64,000 bases of DNA from positions 64,001 through 128,000 of the forward strand of contig CAVXWP010000004.1 of NCBI GenBank assembly GCA_963765495.1, in the 5' to 3' direction. The position numbers were made by a program, and so were the translations under genes. Shown here piece after piece: positions 8,377-18,462 of the stretch (position 1 is its first letter; each line of letters starts with the position of its first letter). Origin of the DNA: Blastocatellia bacterium (GTDB lineage Bacteria > Acidobacteriota > Blastocatellia > UBA7656). The notes under the pieces are model-generated. The model worked only from the letters and a program-made list of their open reading frames with translations. It was not told where the DNA came from and made no database searches.

Positions 8377-11300
8377 TTATCTATCTGTATTCACTACATT
8401 CGGTGGACAACTGCACGTGCTGTTTGTCGTGTCGTCATCCTTTATCGAACTTACTGTCAATCTCTTGTTCTGCACTATCGTAAGCGTCGCATCCCCCTTG
8501 TGCGTGCACGTGTTTATGTGCGCCTGCACCGTCTGGTTCCCCTGGTTATAGGTCAACGTTATATTGCAGTTAGACCTTGTGATAGATCCTCTGCCTGATA
8601 TCTGGAATCCATCGCTGCATCTCACAAACAGATAGTCTCCCGTAACCGAGTTGAAGACTATATAGCTCCCGTTCGTGTTGTCCTGTAAGCACACGTCGAA
8701 GACCGATACGGTAAAGCTACACGTTGCTGTGTTGCCTGCCGTGTCCGTCACCGTGCATACCACCGTAGTTGACCCCAGCGGGAACTCGCTTCCAGACGGC
8801 GGGTTGCACACTACGCTCGCCACTCCGCAGTTATCCGCTGTCACTGGCGGCGGGTAATTCACTACCACTCGCGGGTCACCCGGGTTCACCGTCGTAATAA
8901 TTATATTCGCCGGACAAGTGATCGTAGGCGGCACCTGATCTACTCCCAAAGTCGCTGCCTGCGATGTCGCCATCCCGCAAGTATTTGTGAACTTCGCTCG
9001 ATACCTGTTGTTTCTAACTGCTACCGTTGCCGTCACCGTCAACGGATTGCTCGTCGCGCCTCCTATGTTATTAAAGGTCGCCCCGTTGTCGGTTGACACC
9101 TGCCATTGTATCGTCGGCGCCGGGCTTCCCGACGCCGTTGAAGAGAAGTTCACTACATCTCCTACACAGGCTGTCACGCTCTGCGGATTTGTCAGCACAA
9201 CGGGCGTCGTGTTCACTGTCAACATCGCCGCGCTTGTCGGCGTCATACCGCACGTGTTTGTAAACACCGCCCGGTACTTGTTCCCGTTCATCGAGAAGTT
9301 CGCCGTAAACAATAGCGTTGTCGATGTCTCTCCGCTCAAGTTATTGAATGTCCCGCCTCCATCGGTTGAGACCTGCCACTGCACGGTCGGCGTCGGCGTT
9401 CCGTTTGCTGCTGCTGTAAACGTCACCTTGTCTCCCGCGCAGACGGTCTGCGTTTGCGGATTTTGCGTGATATCGGGCGCTCGATTTACAAACGTAGTCG
9501 CCGTCCCCGTGTTGTTACCCGGTGTCGGGTCCATTATGGTCGAGGCCGCCGTAGCAGAGTTTGTGATCGTCGTCCCTCCCGATGTTGCAGAGTTCACATT
9601 GACAACTACTGTGAAGGTCGCACTGTCTCCGTTCGAGCTTGTCGCCTTCGAGAAGACCACATTGCCGGTTCCTCCGACTGCCGGGGCCGATGTGCTCCAC
9701 CCCGACCCGGTCGTGACCGTAGCCGACACGAACGTGGCATTAGCTGGCACCGCGTCTGTCACTGTCACATTGAGACCGTCTCCCGGCCCGTTGTTCGAGT
9801 AGTTGATCGTGTAGGTGATATTGCTCCCAGCGCAGACAGGGTCAGGCGAATCACTCTTCGTCACCGCAAGATCGGCCTGTGCAAGCACGGTCGTCGTAGC
9901 GGTAGAAGAATTGTTGCCCGGTGTCGGGTCTGTCGTTGAGCTTGCAGCTGTCGCCGTGTTCGTCAGCGTCGTGTTGTGTGGAGTGTTGGCATTGACATTG
10001 ACAACGATTGTGAAGACGGCTGTTTCAGATCCGCCAACCGACGCCTTCGAGAATACGACATTGCCGGTCCCTCCAACTGCCGGGGCCGATGTGCTCCACC
10101 CCGAGCCTGTCGTGACCGTTGCCGACACGAACGTCGTGTTTGCGGGTACGGCATCGGTGACAGTCACTGAGTTAGCCGAACTCGGCCCGTTGTTTGTGAA
10201 GTTGATCGTGTAGGTGAGATTCTGGCTCGCTACCACCGGGTCAGGAGTGTCGGTCTTGACCACGGCGATGTCGGCCATCATCTGTACCGTCGTTGTTGCC
10301 GTAGCAGAGTTGTTGCCCGGTGTCGGATCTGTCGTAGCCGAGGCCGCTGTCGCCGTGTTTGTGATCGTAGCTCCGTCGGCCGTCGTCGAGTTGACCTTGA
10401 CAACCACAGTGAAGACGGCTGTTTCCCCTGCTGACACTGCGCCTTTAGAGAAGACCACGTTGCCGGTACCGCCAACTGCCGGGGCCGATGTGCTCCACCC
10501 CGAGCCTGTCGTAACTGTTGCCGATACAAACGTTGTGTTTGCTGGCACCGCGTCTGTGACGGTGACGGTCTGGGCATCTGAGGGGCCGTTGTTTGTGAAG
10601 TTTATCGTGTAGGTGATGTTATTTCCGGCTATCACTGGATCAGGCGAGTCGGTCTTTGTTACCGCAAGGTCTGCCATCGTTTGCACGGTAGTCGTCGCCG
10701 TCCCCGTGTTGTTGCCAGGCGTCGGATCACTTGTCGCGCTGGCTGCTGTCGCGCTGTTTGTGATCGTAGCGCCGTTTGCCGCGCTTGTATTGACTTTAAC
10801 TACCATCGTGAAGACGGCTGTTTCACCGGCGCTGACGGTGCTCTTTGAGAAGACTACGTTGCCTGTACCGCCGACTCCGGGCGCGCTGCTGCTCCACCCC
10901 GAGCCTGTCGTGACCGTTGCCGACACAAACGTCGTGTTTGCGGGTACGGCATCGGTGACAGTCACGGTCTGGGCATCTGAGGGACCGTTATTTGTGAAGT
11001 TTATCGTGTAGGTAATGTTGTTACCCGCAACCACAGGGTCTGGTGAGTCGGTCTTCGTAACGGCGAGGTCCGCGCTCGTCTGCACGGTAGTCGTCGCCGT
11101 TGCCGAATCGTTACCCGGCGTCGTGTCTGCCGTAGTGGCTGAGGTCGTCACCGTGTTTGTGATCGTCGATCCATTTGCCGTGCTTGCGTTTACCTTGACC
11201 ACAATAGTGAAGACGGCTGTCTCACCATTGGCGACCGTTGCCTTCGAAAATACAACGTTGCCGGTCCCGCCGACTGCCGGGGCCGATGTGCTCCACCCGC

Positions 11301-14300
11301 TGCCTGTCGTGACTGTTGCCGATACAAACGTCGTGTTTGCCGGAACCGCATCTGTGACAGCCACGGTTGTAGCCTGAGACGGGCCGTTGTTTGCGAAGTT
11401 TATCGTGTAAGTGATGTTGTTTCCGGCTATCACTGGATCAGGCGAATCACTCTTTGTAACGGCGAGGTCGGCCACTGCCTGAACGGTAGTCGTAGCCGTA
11501 GAAAAGTTATTGGCAGGAGTCGGGTCTGAGGTAGCCGAAGCCGCTGTCGCCGTGTTTGAAATAACAGTGCCGCCGGCTGTCGCGGAATTGACATTGACAA
11601 CCACAGTAAAGACGGCTGTTTCCCCTGCTGCAACTGTGCCTTTAGAGAAGACCACATTGCCGGTCCCACCGACTGCCGGGGCCGATGTGCTCCACCCCGA
11701 CCCGGTCGTGACCGTAGCCGATACGAACGTCGTGTTTGCTGGCACGGCATCGGTGACAGTTACGGTCTGGGCATCTGAGGGACCGTTGTTTGTGAAGTTT
11801 ATCGTGTAGGTGATGTTGTTACCTGCAACCACAGGATCAGGCGAGTCGGTCTTTGTAATGGCGAGGTCTGCGCTCGTCTGCACAGTGGTTGTCGCGGTTG
11901 CGGAATTGTTGCCCGGCGTCGGGTCTGTTGTAGCCGAAGCTGCCGTGGCCGTGTTTGTGATCGTAGCCCCGTTTGCAGTTGTGGCGTTAACCTTAACTAC
12001 AACAGTAAAGACAGCCGTCTCGCCTGCGGCTACCGTGGCCTTTGAGAATACAACGTTTCCGGTTCCACCGACTGCCGGGGCCGATGTGCTCCACCCCGAG
12101 CCTGTCGTGACCGTTGCCGACACAAACGTCGTGTTTGCGGGTACGGCATCGGTGACGGTGACGGTCTGGGCATCTGAGGGGCCGTTGTTTGTGAAATTTA
12201 TCGTATAGGTGATGTTCTGGCCTGCCGTCACAGGGTCTGGTGAATCGGTCTTTGTAACGGCAAGATCGGCCCTTGTCTGCACAGTCGTTGTCGCGGTCGC
12301 GCTGTTGTTGCCCGCTGTAGGATCGGTCGTAGCAGTCGCCGCCGTTGCGGTGTTGGTAATCGTCGTTGCGTCAGGTGTGCTTGCACCTACCTTGACAACC
12401 ACAGTAAAGACTGCCGTCTCGCCTGCCGCTACCGTCCCCTTCGAAAATACTACGTTGCCCGTACCGCCAACAGCCGGGGCCGATGTGCTCCACCCCGAGC
12501 CTGTCGTGACCGTTGCCGACACGAACGTTGTGTTTGCGGGTACGGCATCGGTGACAGTCACGGTCTGGGCATCTGAGGGGCCGTTGTTTGTGAAATTTAT
12601 CGTGTAGGTGATGTTGTTTCCGGCTATCACCGGGTCTGGCGAGTCGGTCTTTGTCACCGCAAGATCGGCTTCGGTTGCCACGGTAGTCGTTGCGGTCTTG
12701 GAATCATTGCCCGGTGTGGGATCAGCCGTAGATGAAGCCGCTGTCGCCGTGTTTGTGATCGTAGCCCCGTTTGCGGTGTTCGAGTTGACCTTTACTACCA
12801 CCTGGAATGTAGCCGTTTCGCCATTTGGCACACTACCCTTCGAGAAGACTACATTGCCCGTACCGCCAACGGCAGGCGCGCTTATACTCCACCCGCTGCC
12901 GGTTGTGACACTCGCTGATACGAATGTCGTGTTTGCGGGTACGGCATCTGTGACAGTAGCCGAGGTCGCGCTGCCCGGCCCGTTGTTTATAAAGCTGATG
13001 GTGTAGGTGATGTTGTTACCGGCAAGCACCGGGTCGGGGGCATCGGTCTTGCTGACAATTTCAAGATCGGCCTGCGCCTGAACGGTCGTCGTAGCAGTGC
13101 CGGTGTTATTGCCCTGCGTGCCGTCCGGTGTGTCGGAAGTGATAACGGCATTGTTTGTGACGATGGTGCCGCCCGGTGTGGCGTTGTCTACGTTGACGAC
13201 GAGAGTGAATGAAGCGGTCTCGGCGTTTGCGACGGTCGGCTTAGTGAACATTATAGTTCCGGTGCCGCCGACAGGGACCGAATCGACTCTGGTCCATCCA
13301 GCCGGAGTAGTGACCGAGACGAAAGTTGTATTTGCGGGAATCGCATCTGTAAGCACCGCGTTGTTTGCCGTGTCGGGCCCGTTGTTTATAGTGTTGATGG
13401 TGTAGGTGATGTTGCTGCCTGAGAAGACCGGGTCGGGCGTGTCAGTCTTTGTGACAGCCAGATCGGCCTGGGCAAGGGTTGTGCAGGTTGGATTGGCGGC
13501 CCCGGCTACATCGGGATCATCGGTTAGAACACTGATGGGGCCGTCGGCAGTGACCGTGCCCTGATTGCAGACCTGAGTCGTTCCGGGAGGAACCACCGGA
13601 GTGTTGATGGTGGCCTGGAACATTATCGTCACGCTCTCGCTCGGCGGGAGCGTGAACGGCCCGATACTGATCGAGCCGACAGCCGGAGCGTTTGGAGTCG
13701 CTTGCTGCTGACCGGTTGCCGCAGATGGACCGGCCGAACTAAAGGAAGCGGTTTCGACCGTCTCGGCTCTGATGCCCATCACGCTTACGTCTTGCGGGCG
13801 CGTGAAGACAGCGGGTCGCAAATCAGGAATCCGAGTTGCTGTCGTGGCATCTGCGGTTGCTGACAACTGCCGTAAATCATTCGATGTTGAGAGTTGACCC
13901 GAAGCCGCCACAGAAGGATTCTTTTGAATCGCCTCATCAGCAACTCCGACAGCATAGGCGGTTTCCACCTTGCCCGTTGCGGTCGACACGGTTGGAGCGG
14001 TCCATTTTGAGAGCGCATAGCCGACCGGCTCAACCACGCTTGTGATCGGGCCTACCTGCAATGTCGGCAGAGATTCAAGCACGTAAACAAAAGCCATGAG
14101 GGCATCGCCCGTGCTGATGGAGCCGGAAGATGTCGAAGTATTCCTTCCGCTCACCTTGGTTTCGGGCAGACGCCGCGTCCCCGTAGCAAGGGAAGTAGAG
14201 GTCAACGCATCCTGTCTTCTCTCGGCGCGCGGTTTGTCGTGGTCGAGCACAAACCCGAGCGCGTGCATGACAACCGTAAAGAGGTCCATGCGCTGATATG

Positions 14301-17300
14301 CCTGAGAAATTTCGCTCGCCTTGAGGTCATTTCCGTCCTGCGTCTCGAACTCCGTTTCATCATAAGGAGTCACATCTATAAACCAGCCGTAACCGGCGGC
14401 GCGGCGATCAATCACAACCTGCGTTGCCGTTGTGTAAGCCAGTTGACCGTCAGGCAGATCGTCTATATCGAAATTGACGGCTTCGAGCCGGGCAACGTCT
14501 TCGGCTGAAATGCCCATTGCCTTCCATCGCTCGATTGCTGCCGGGATGATCCACGGCAAATCGGATTTCTTCAGTTTGCCGAGTGATTTTCCGCCCGGTC
14601 CCTGCCCGCCTTCGGCCCAGAGCGTGTCATCGGTTGGACCCGCGACACTGTCGGGTTGTTCGCTCAAACTCTGCTGAGTTGTTTCTCCGGGATCGGCAAA
14701 GCTCGGCTGTACGCAGGTCGCAACTGCGGGAGGCAGTGTCGGGTTGCCCGCGACCAGAGTGATCGTCCCGGATGGCAGCACCGACGGGTTCCCGGTGTTG
14801 TCATCTTTTATCACCAGTGTCGCGGTGGCCGAGGCGGACCCTCCCCGCGAAAGATTAAACGTCCCGAAGGTCTGTAACAATACCACATCGGCCGCCGTCC
14901 CAAGCGTACCGCCCAGAGCATTTTTATCTGCTGACACCGATGAACTTCCTACCAGAACATTTAACGTGGTGGCATCGCCGGGCAGAGCGCCGGTCTCAAG
15001 AAAGAGGCCGGCTTCGGGAGTTCCCCCGCTCAAGGGATTGATCGTATTACCGAGGATCGTAGCATTCATCGTGCTGCTGCCCTCTGCGGGTCTGAGCAGC
15101 ATTCCATCGTTTATTACCTTATTAATTGTGTTGTTTTTGACCAGAACCGTGTGCACTCCTGTGCCGAGACTCCTGACTCGGATGCCCGTATCGCCTCCCG
15201 AGTTATTCACAGCCGTTACGCCTATGGTGTTGTTGATTATTGACCCGACGGCATTGCCGGCCCCATTTCCTTTAAAAACGTCGAGAGAAGTGCCTTTGGC
15301 ATCGCGGAAAGTGTTGCAGGAGATGTCATAGGTCATCGAGGCGGTGACACCGGGAGCGCCCCCGGAGGCGATCAATACGCCGCCGCCGCCGCTCAAGATA
15401 TTCGCGTGGTTGTTGCTGACCTTGTTCCTTCGAAAGATAAGGTCCATCGTCGAGTTCTGGTTAGCGGCTATATTGATAACATCGCCTTTGGCGCTCGTAA
15501 AGATGCTGTCAGAAACCGTGACATTTAGTGTGGCGCTGTTGAACGCCTCGACGTGGAAGCTGTCGTCTTCATTCCCCGATGCCTGCATCGCGTTTACGGT
15601 TGTGTTTGTAAAATTCAACCTGTTCAGGCTTCCGCTGTTTACGATGACGTTGACATTGAATTCATAGCCGCCGCTGATCGTGCAATTAGAAATCGTCGCG
15701 TTCCCGGTCAGGTCAGTAAACCGGATGGCGGCTTCATCAGACCCGCCGCCCGAGGTATTGTTGCCACTGTTTCCGCTGATGACCGAGTTGTCGAGCGTAA
15801 AGCCTGAAACCGTCGTGCCGCGTATGGCAAAGTTGCCAAAGTCGTTCAACTGCATCCGCGTAAAAGACGGGTTCGTGGTGCTGTTGAGGTAGATGCCGAT
15901 TCCGTTGGTCGTGCCGCCGTCTGCGCCTACCTGTGCCTTGTTTGCGATAGTTCCGCCCGATGCGGCAGTGCCGGTTCCGGTGACAGTCAGGCTGCCGGTC
16001 GAGCCTGTGGTGTCGAGGATTATGCCCGTGCTTGTCCCACCATTCGATGTGATGCTCTGGAACGTCATCCCGCTTACGCCTATCGTCGTGGAACTGACAT
16101 TCAAGGCCGTGCCCTGCCCTGAACTGATCGTGTTTACACTGCCTGTGACGTTTACGCCCACCGCGCCGCCTGTCGCGTTGAACCCGGTTCCAGTAGTCGT
16201 AGTGATCGCCAGTCCACCGTTTGAGAAGTTGATCGTCGCACCATTGGCCGTTCCATTAGTACTGAGAGTGACCGCTGCATTTGTGCCGGTGTTCAGGCTC
16301 TTGCTCAACCCGCTGAAGGTGATCGTCTTCGTAGCTACGGTGTTGTTGTTTTGAACGAGAATGCCCGTGCCCGTATCGGTGATGTTGCCGCTAAAGGTCA
16401 CCGACCCGCCCGTCGTGCTTGTGATCGACACCGAGCGATTGCTGGCGTTAGTGATGCTGCCGCCATAAGAGATCGTCGCGGCCCCGCCGTTTATGCTTGC
16501 CGCGATTCCCGTAGAGGTAGTGATCGAGCCGCCGGGGCTCGCAAAGCTTCCCGACGCGCTGTTGAATCTGATGCCTTCGGTAGAACTGCCCGAGGATGAA
16601 ACGCTCGTCAGAGCCAGTCCCATCGTTACGCTGTCGAGGTTTACGCCCTGCCCGCCGGTCGCGCTGATCGTCCCGCTGGTGGCATTGACCGTACCGCTCA
16701 CGGTCGCTACAAGCCCGGCTCCGGCTCCTGTCGTGATATTGAGCGACGTAAAGCCAACAGTTGCGGTTCCGTTACTGGCAAGATTTACGCCAGTCCCGGA
16801 CGCCGTTTTGTTTACGGTCGTTGCGCTAAAGCCGAATATCGAGGTTCCAAATGTGCTTTGAATGTCAATACCCGTAGTCGCAGGCGTCTGGATATTGGTT
16901 GTCCCGGTCACAGTGATGTTGCCAATACAACCCTGTGTCTTGATACCTTCGGCCGTGCTGTTTGTTGACGCAAGGCTTGTGAAATTCAAACCTGTTCCCA
17001 GATTCTCGCTGGTCAGATCGAGCGCCGCTCCGCCCGTTGCGTTTATCGTGCTTGAGCCTCCGACGCTCACTGTTCCCGCCGCGTTTGCGACTATGCCTCT
17101 GCCGCTTGCTGTCGTTATGCTGACTCCGCCCGTGAAACTGACTGTCGGGTTGCCGCCCGTAAGGATGATTCCGTCACCCGTTGTGCCTGTAGTCGTAGTC
17201 GTACCCGTAACGGTGAAGGTCCCGCCCGTGGCAGACGTCAGCCTCACGCCTCGCGTGCCGTTCGTAGATGAAAGGCTTTCAAAGGTTACTCCGAGCGTGC

Positions 17301-18462
17301 CCGCCGTCTGTATATCTACGGCGGCTCCGGGGTTGCCCGTAGCCATCACGGTGTCGATGTTCAGATTGCCTACGCTTGAGCCCGCAATGCCTGCGCTTGC
17401 GCCGCCTGCGGCTGTTGTTGTGGCTGCAAGTCCCCTCACCGTGTTTCCGCTCGAAAGGGTTACACCGTTTCCGGCGCTGTTTGTGATGATAGGCTTTGTT
17501 CCGGCAGGAACAAGTGTCTGAGCGTTGACGACAAGCGCAACACCGTTTCCGATCAGCATCTGGTTGCTTTCGAGTTCGAGCCCTCCCGTATAAGCGCCGC
17601 CGCCATTCTCAAATACAAATATGATATGGCCCGGCGCGTCAACATCGCCCACGCCGCCCGCGCCGTTTACCGGGGCAAGCGTCTTGAACGGGGTGGCCGA
17701 CCGACCGTCTGATGTCGCGCCAACGTAAGTGTTATCCACATACCAGACGAGCGCGCTTAAAGTGATGCTCACTGTGCCCGTATCGGTCTTCGTGCCGTCG
17801 GTTGCCGTGTATGTGAAGGTATCGGTCGTGCTCGTCACGCCCACCGGCGGGTCATAGACAAAGCTGCCGTCTGCGGCGAGCGATACGGTTCCGCCAAGCG
17901 TCGTAGGACCGTTTACTATTGGCACAGCCGTTGGGGTCGTCCCGTCGGGGTCGAAGTCGTTTGCGAGCACTCCGTTTGCCGCGTTGACCGTGAGCCGCGT
18001 GTTTCCGATTGCGTTCGGATATGCGTCATTTACGGCTACGGGCGAAGAGTTGACCGACCCGGGCACAAGCGTAAGGTTTGCCTCAAGCATATCGCTGAAA
18101 TTGACATTCGTAGCAGCCATCGCACCCGTATTTGAGATGGTGACTGTGTACATAAGCGTGTCGCCCGGGTCGGCCTTCCCGTTGCTATTCACATCGGTTT
18201 GCAGCGCATCCACTTTTGTTGCCGTGATGACCGCGGCCACGGGCGCGTTGAGAAGCGTAGAAGCGAGTTTGCGATTGACGCCGGTTGAGACCGCGTGGGT
18301 GACAGCTGGTGTAGAGACCAGAGGCGCAGGCCCGGAAGCGGTCGTCGATGAAAGCGGTCCTGGTGTGGTGCTTGGAAGGACCACCAGACAACAGGTCAGT
18401 GCTATAACGATCAATAATAGACGGATAGAATTACTGGCAAGACGGTATTGGTTGATCTTCAT
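8377..18462 (-). CDS. Giant secreted adhesin-like protein (3361 aa): signal peptide, half DUF11, cadherin/Big_9-like domain, long beta-helix, degenerate zincin-like domain, half DUF11, 10 DUF11 repeats, 2 Ig domains, HYR, Cys-rich C-terminal domain
   Basis: Hydrophobic N-terminus; PVAVNDAY...GVLAND.DPDG...DTFTY; VWYVDN...DGRS..PF then a G/T/N-rich region; ten ADL.V.K.D.PDPV repeats; two QWQVSTD.G Ig domains; PPTITCP...FPLGSTTVVCTVTD (HYR). A GGAG RBS lies upstream. Confidence 0.9.
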   Translation of the reverse strand: MKINQYRLASNSIRLLLIVIALTCCLVVLPSTTPGPLSSTTASGPAPLVSTPAVTHAVSTGVNRKLASTLLNAPVAAVITATKVDALQTDVNSNGKADPGDTLMYTVTISNTGAMAATNVNFSDMLEANLTLVPGSVNSSPVAVNDAYPNAIGNTRLTVNAANGVLANDFDPDGTTPTAVPIVNGPTTLGGTVSLAADGSFVYDPPVGVTSTTDTFTYTATDGTKTDTGTVSITLSALVWYVDNTYVGATSDGRSATPFKTLAPVNGAGGVGDVDAPGHIIFVFENGGGAYTGGLELESNQMLIGNGVALVVNAQTLVPAGTKPIITNSAGNGVTLSSGNTVRGLAATTTAAGGASAGIAGSSVGNLNIDTVMATGNPGAAVDIQTAGTLGVTFESLSSTNGTRGVRLTSATGGTFTVTGTTTTTGTTGDGIILTGGNPTVSFTGGVSITTASGRGIVANAAGTVSVGGSSTINATGGAALDLTSENLGTGLNFTSLASTNSTAEGIKTQGCIGNITVTGTTNIQTPATTGIDIQSTFGTSIFGFSATTVNKTASGTGVNLASNGTATVGFTSLNITTGAGAGLVATVSGTVNATSGTISATGGQGVNLDSVTMGLALTSVSSSGSSTEGIRFNSASGSFASPGGSITTSTGIAASINGGAATISYGGSITNASNRSVSITSTTGGSVTFSGNITDTGTGILVQNNNTVATKTITFSGLSKSLNTGTNAAVTLSTNGTANGATINFSNGGLAITTTTGTGFNATGGAVGVNVTGSVNTISSGQGTALNVSSTTIGVSGMTFQSITSNGGTSTGIILDTTGSTGSLTVTGTGTAASGGTIANKAQVGADGGTTNGIGIYLNSTTNPSFTRMQLNDFGNFAIRGTTVSGFTLDNSVISGNSGNNTSGGGSDEAAIRFTDLTGNATISNCTISGGYEFNVNVIVNSGSLNRLNFTNTTVNAMQASGNEDDSFHVEAFNSATLNVTVSDSIFTSAKGDVINIAANQNSTMDLIFRRNKVSNNHANILSGGGGVLIASGGAPGVTASMTYDISCNTFRDAKGTSLDVFKGNGAGNAVGSIINNTIGVTAVNNSGGDTGIRVRSLGTGVHTVLVKNNTINKVINDGMLLRPAEGSSTMNATILGNTINPLSGGTPEAGLFLETGALPGDATTLNVLVGSSSVSADKNALGGTLGTAADVVLLQTFGTFNLSRGGSASATATLVIKDDNTGNPSVLPSGTITLVAGNPTLPPAVATCVQPSFADPGETTQQSLSEQPDSVAGPTDDTLWAEGGQGPGGKSLGKLKKSDLPWIIPAAIERWKAMGISAEDVARLEAVNFDIDDLPDGQLAYTTATQVVIDRRAAGYGWFIDVTPYDETEFETQDGNDLKASEISQAYQRMDLFTVVMHALGFVLDHDKPRAERRQDALTSTSLATGTRRLPETKVSGRNTSTSSGSISTGDALMAFVYVLESLPTLQVGPITSVVEPVGYALSKWTAPTVSTATGKVETAYAVGVADEAIQKNPSVAASGQLSTSNDLRQLSATADATTATRIPDLRPAVFTRPQDVSVMGIRAETVETASFSSAGPSAATGQQQATPNAPAVGSISIGPFTLPPSESVTIMFQATINTPVVPPGTTQVCNQGTVTADGPISVLTDDPDVAGAANPTCTTLAQADLAVTKTDTPDPVFSGSNITYTINTINNGPDTANNAVLTDAIPANTTFVSVTTPAGWTRVDSVPVGGTGTIMFTKPTVANAETASFTLVVNVDNATPGGTIVTNNAVITSDTPDGTQGNNTGTATTTVQAQADLEIVSKTDAPDPVLAGNNITYTISFINNGPGSATSATVTDAVPANTTFVSASVTTGSGWSISAPAVGGTGNVVFSKGSVPNGETATFQVVVKVNSNTANGATITNTATAASSTADPTPGNDSKTATTTVATEADLAVTKTDSPDPVIAGNNITYTINFTNNGPSDAQTVTVTDAVPANTTFVSATVTTGSGWSTSAPAVGGTGNVVFSKGTVAAGETAVFTVVVKVGASTPDATTITNTATAATATTDPTAGNNSATATTTVQTRADLAVTKTDSPDPVTAGQNITYTINFTNNGPSDAQTVTVTDAVPANTTFVSATVTTGSGWSTSAPAVGGTGNVVFSKATVAAGETAVFTVVVKVNATTANGATITNTATAASATTDPTPGNNSATATTTVQTSADLAITKTDSPDPVVAGNNITYTINFTNNGPSDAQTVTVTDAVPANTTFVSATVTTGSGWSTSAPAVGGTGNVVFSKGTVAAGETAVFTVVVNVNSATAGGTVISNTATAASATSDPTPANNFSTATTTVQAVADLAVTKSDSPDPVIAGNNITYTINFANNGPSQATTVAVTDAVPANTTFVSATVTTGSGWSTSAPAVGGTGNVVFSKATVANGETAVFTIVVKVNASTANGSTITNTVTTSATTADTTPGNDSATATTTVQTSADLAVTKTDSPDPVVAGNNITYTINFTNNGPSDAQTVTVTDAVPANTTFVSATVTTGSGWSSSAPGVGGTGNVVFSKSTVSAGETAVFTMVVKVNTSAANGATITNSATAASATSDPTPGNNTGTATTTVQTMADLAVTKTDSPDPVIAGNNITYTINFTNNGPSDAQTVTVTDAVPANTTFVSATVTTGSGWSTSAPAVGGTGNVVFSKGAVSAGETAVFTVVVKVNSTTADGATITNTATAASATTDPTPGNNSATATTTVQMMADIAVVKTDTPDPVVASQNLTYTINFTNNGPSSANSVTVTDAVPANTTFVSATVTTGSGWSTSAPAVGGTGNVVFSKASVGGSETAVFTIVVNVNANTPHNTTLTNTATAASSTTDPTPGNNSSTATTTVLAQADLAVTKSDSPDPVCAGSNITYTINYSNNGPGDGLNVTVTDAVPANATFVSATVTTGSGWSTSAPAVGGTGNVVFSKATSSNGDSATFTVVVNVNSATSGGTTITNSATAASTIMDPTPGNNTGTATTFVNRAPDITQNPQTQTVCAGDKVTFTAAANGTPTPTVQWQVSTDGGGTFNNLSGETSTTLLFTANFSMNGNKYRAVFTNTCGMTPTSAAMLTVNTTPVVLTNPQSVTACVGDVVNFSSTASGSPAPTIQWQVSTDNGATFNNIGGATSNPLTVTATVAVRNNRYRAKFTNTCGMATSQAATLGVDQVPPTITCPANIIITTVNPGDPRVVVNYPPPVTADNCGVASVVCNPPSGSEFPLGSTTVVCTVTDTAGNTATCSFTVSVFDVCLQDNTNGSYIVFNSVTGDYLFVRCSDGFQISGRGSITRSNCNITLTYNQGNQTVQAHINTCTHKGDATLTIVQNKRLTVSSIKDDDTTNSTCSCPPNVVNTDR
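9490..13470 (-). repeat. Tandem array of 10 DUF11 (conserved repeat domain) units, ~399 bp period
   Basis: ADLAVTKTDSPDPV..GNNITYTINFTNNGPS..VTVTDAVPANTTFVSA recurs every ~133 aa. The antisense 132-aa ORFs show the same period. Confidence 0.92.

Noticed and set aside
9490-13470. Regularly spaced repeats as a possible CRISPR array
   Set aside because: They are 399-bp coding repeats without unique spacers, and no cas genes are present.
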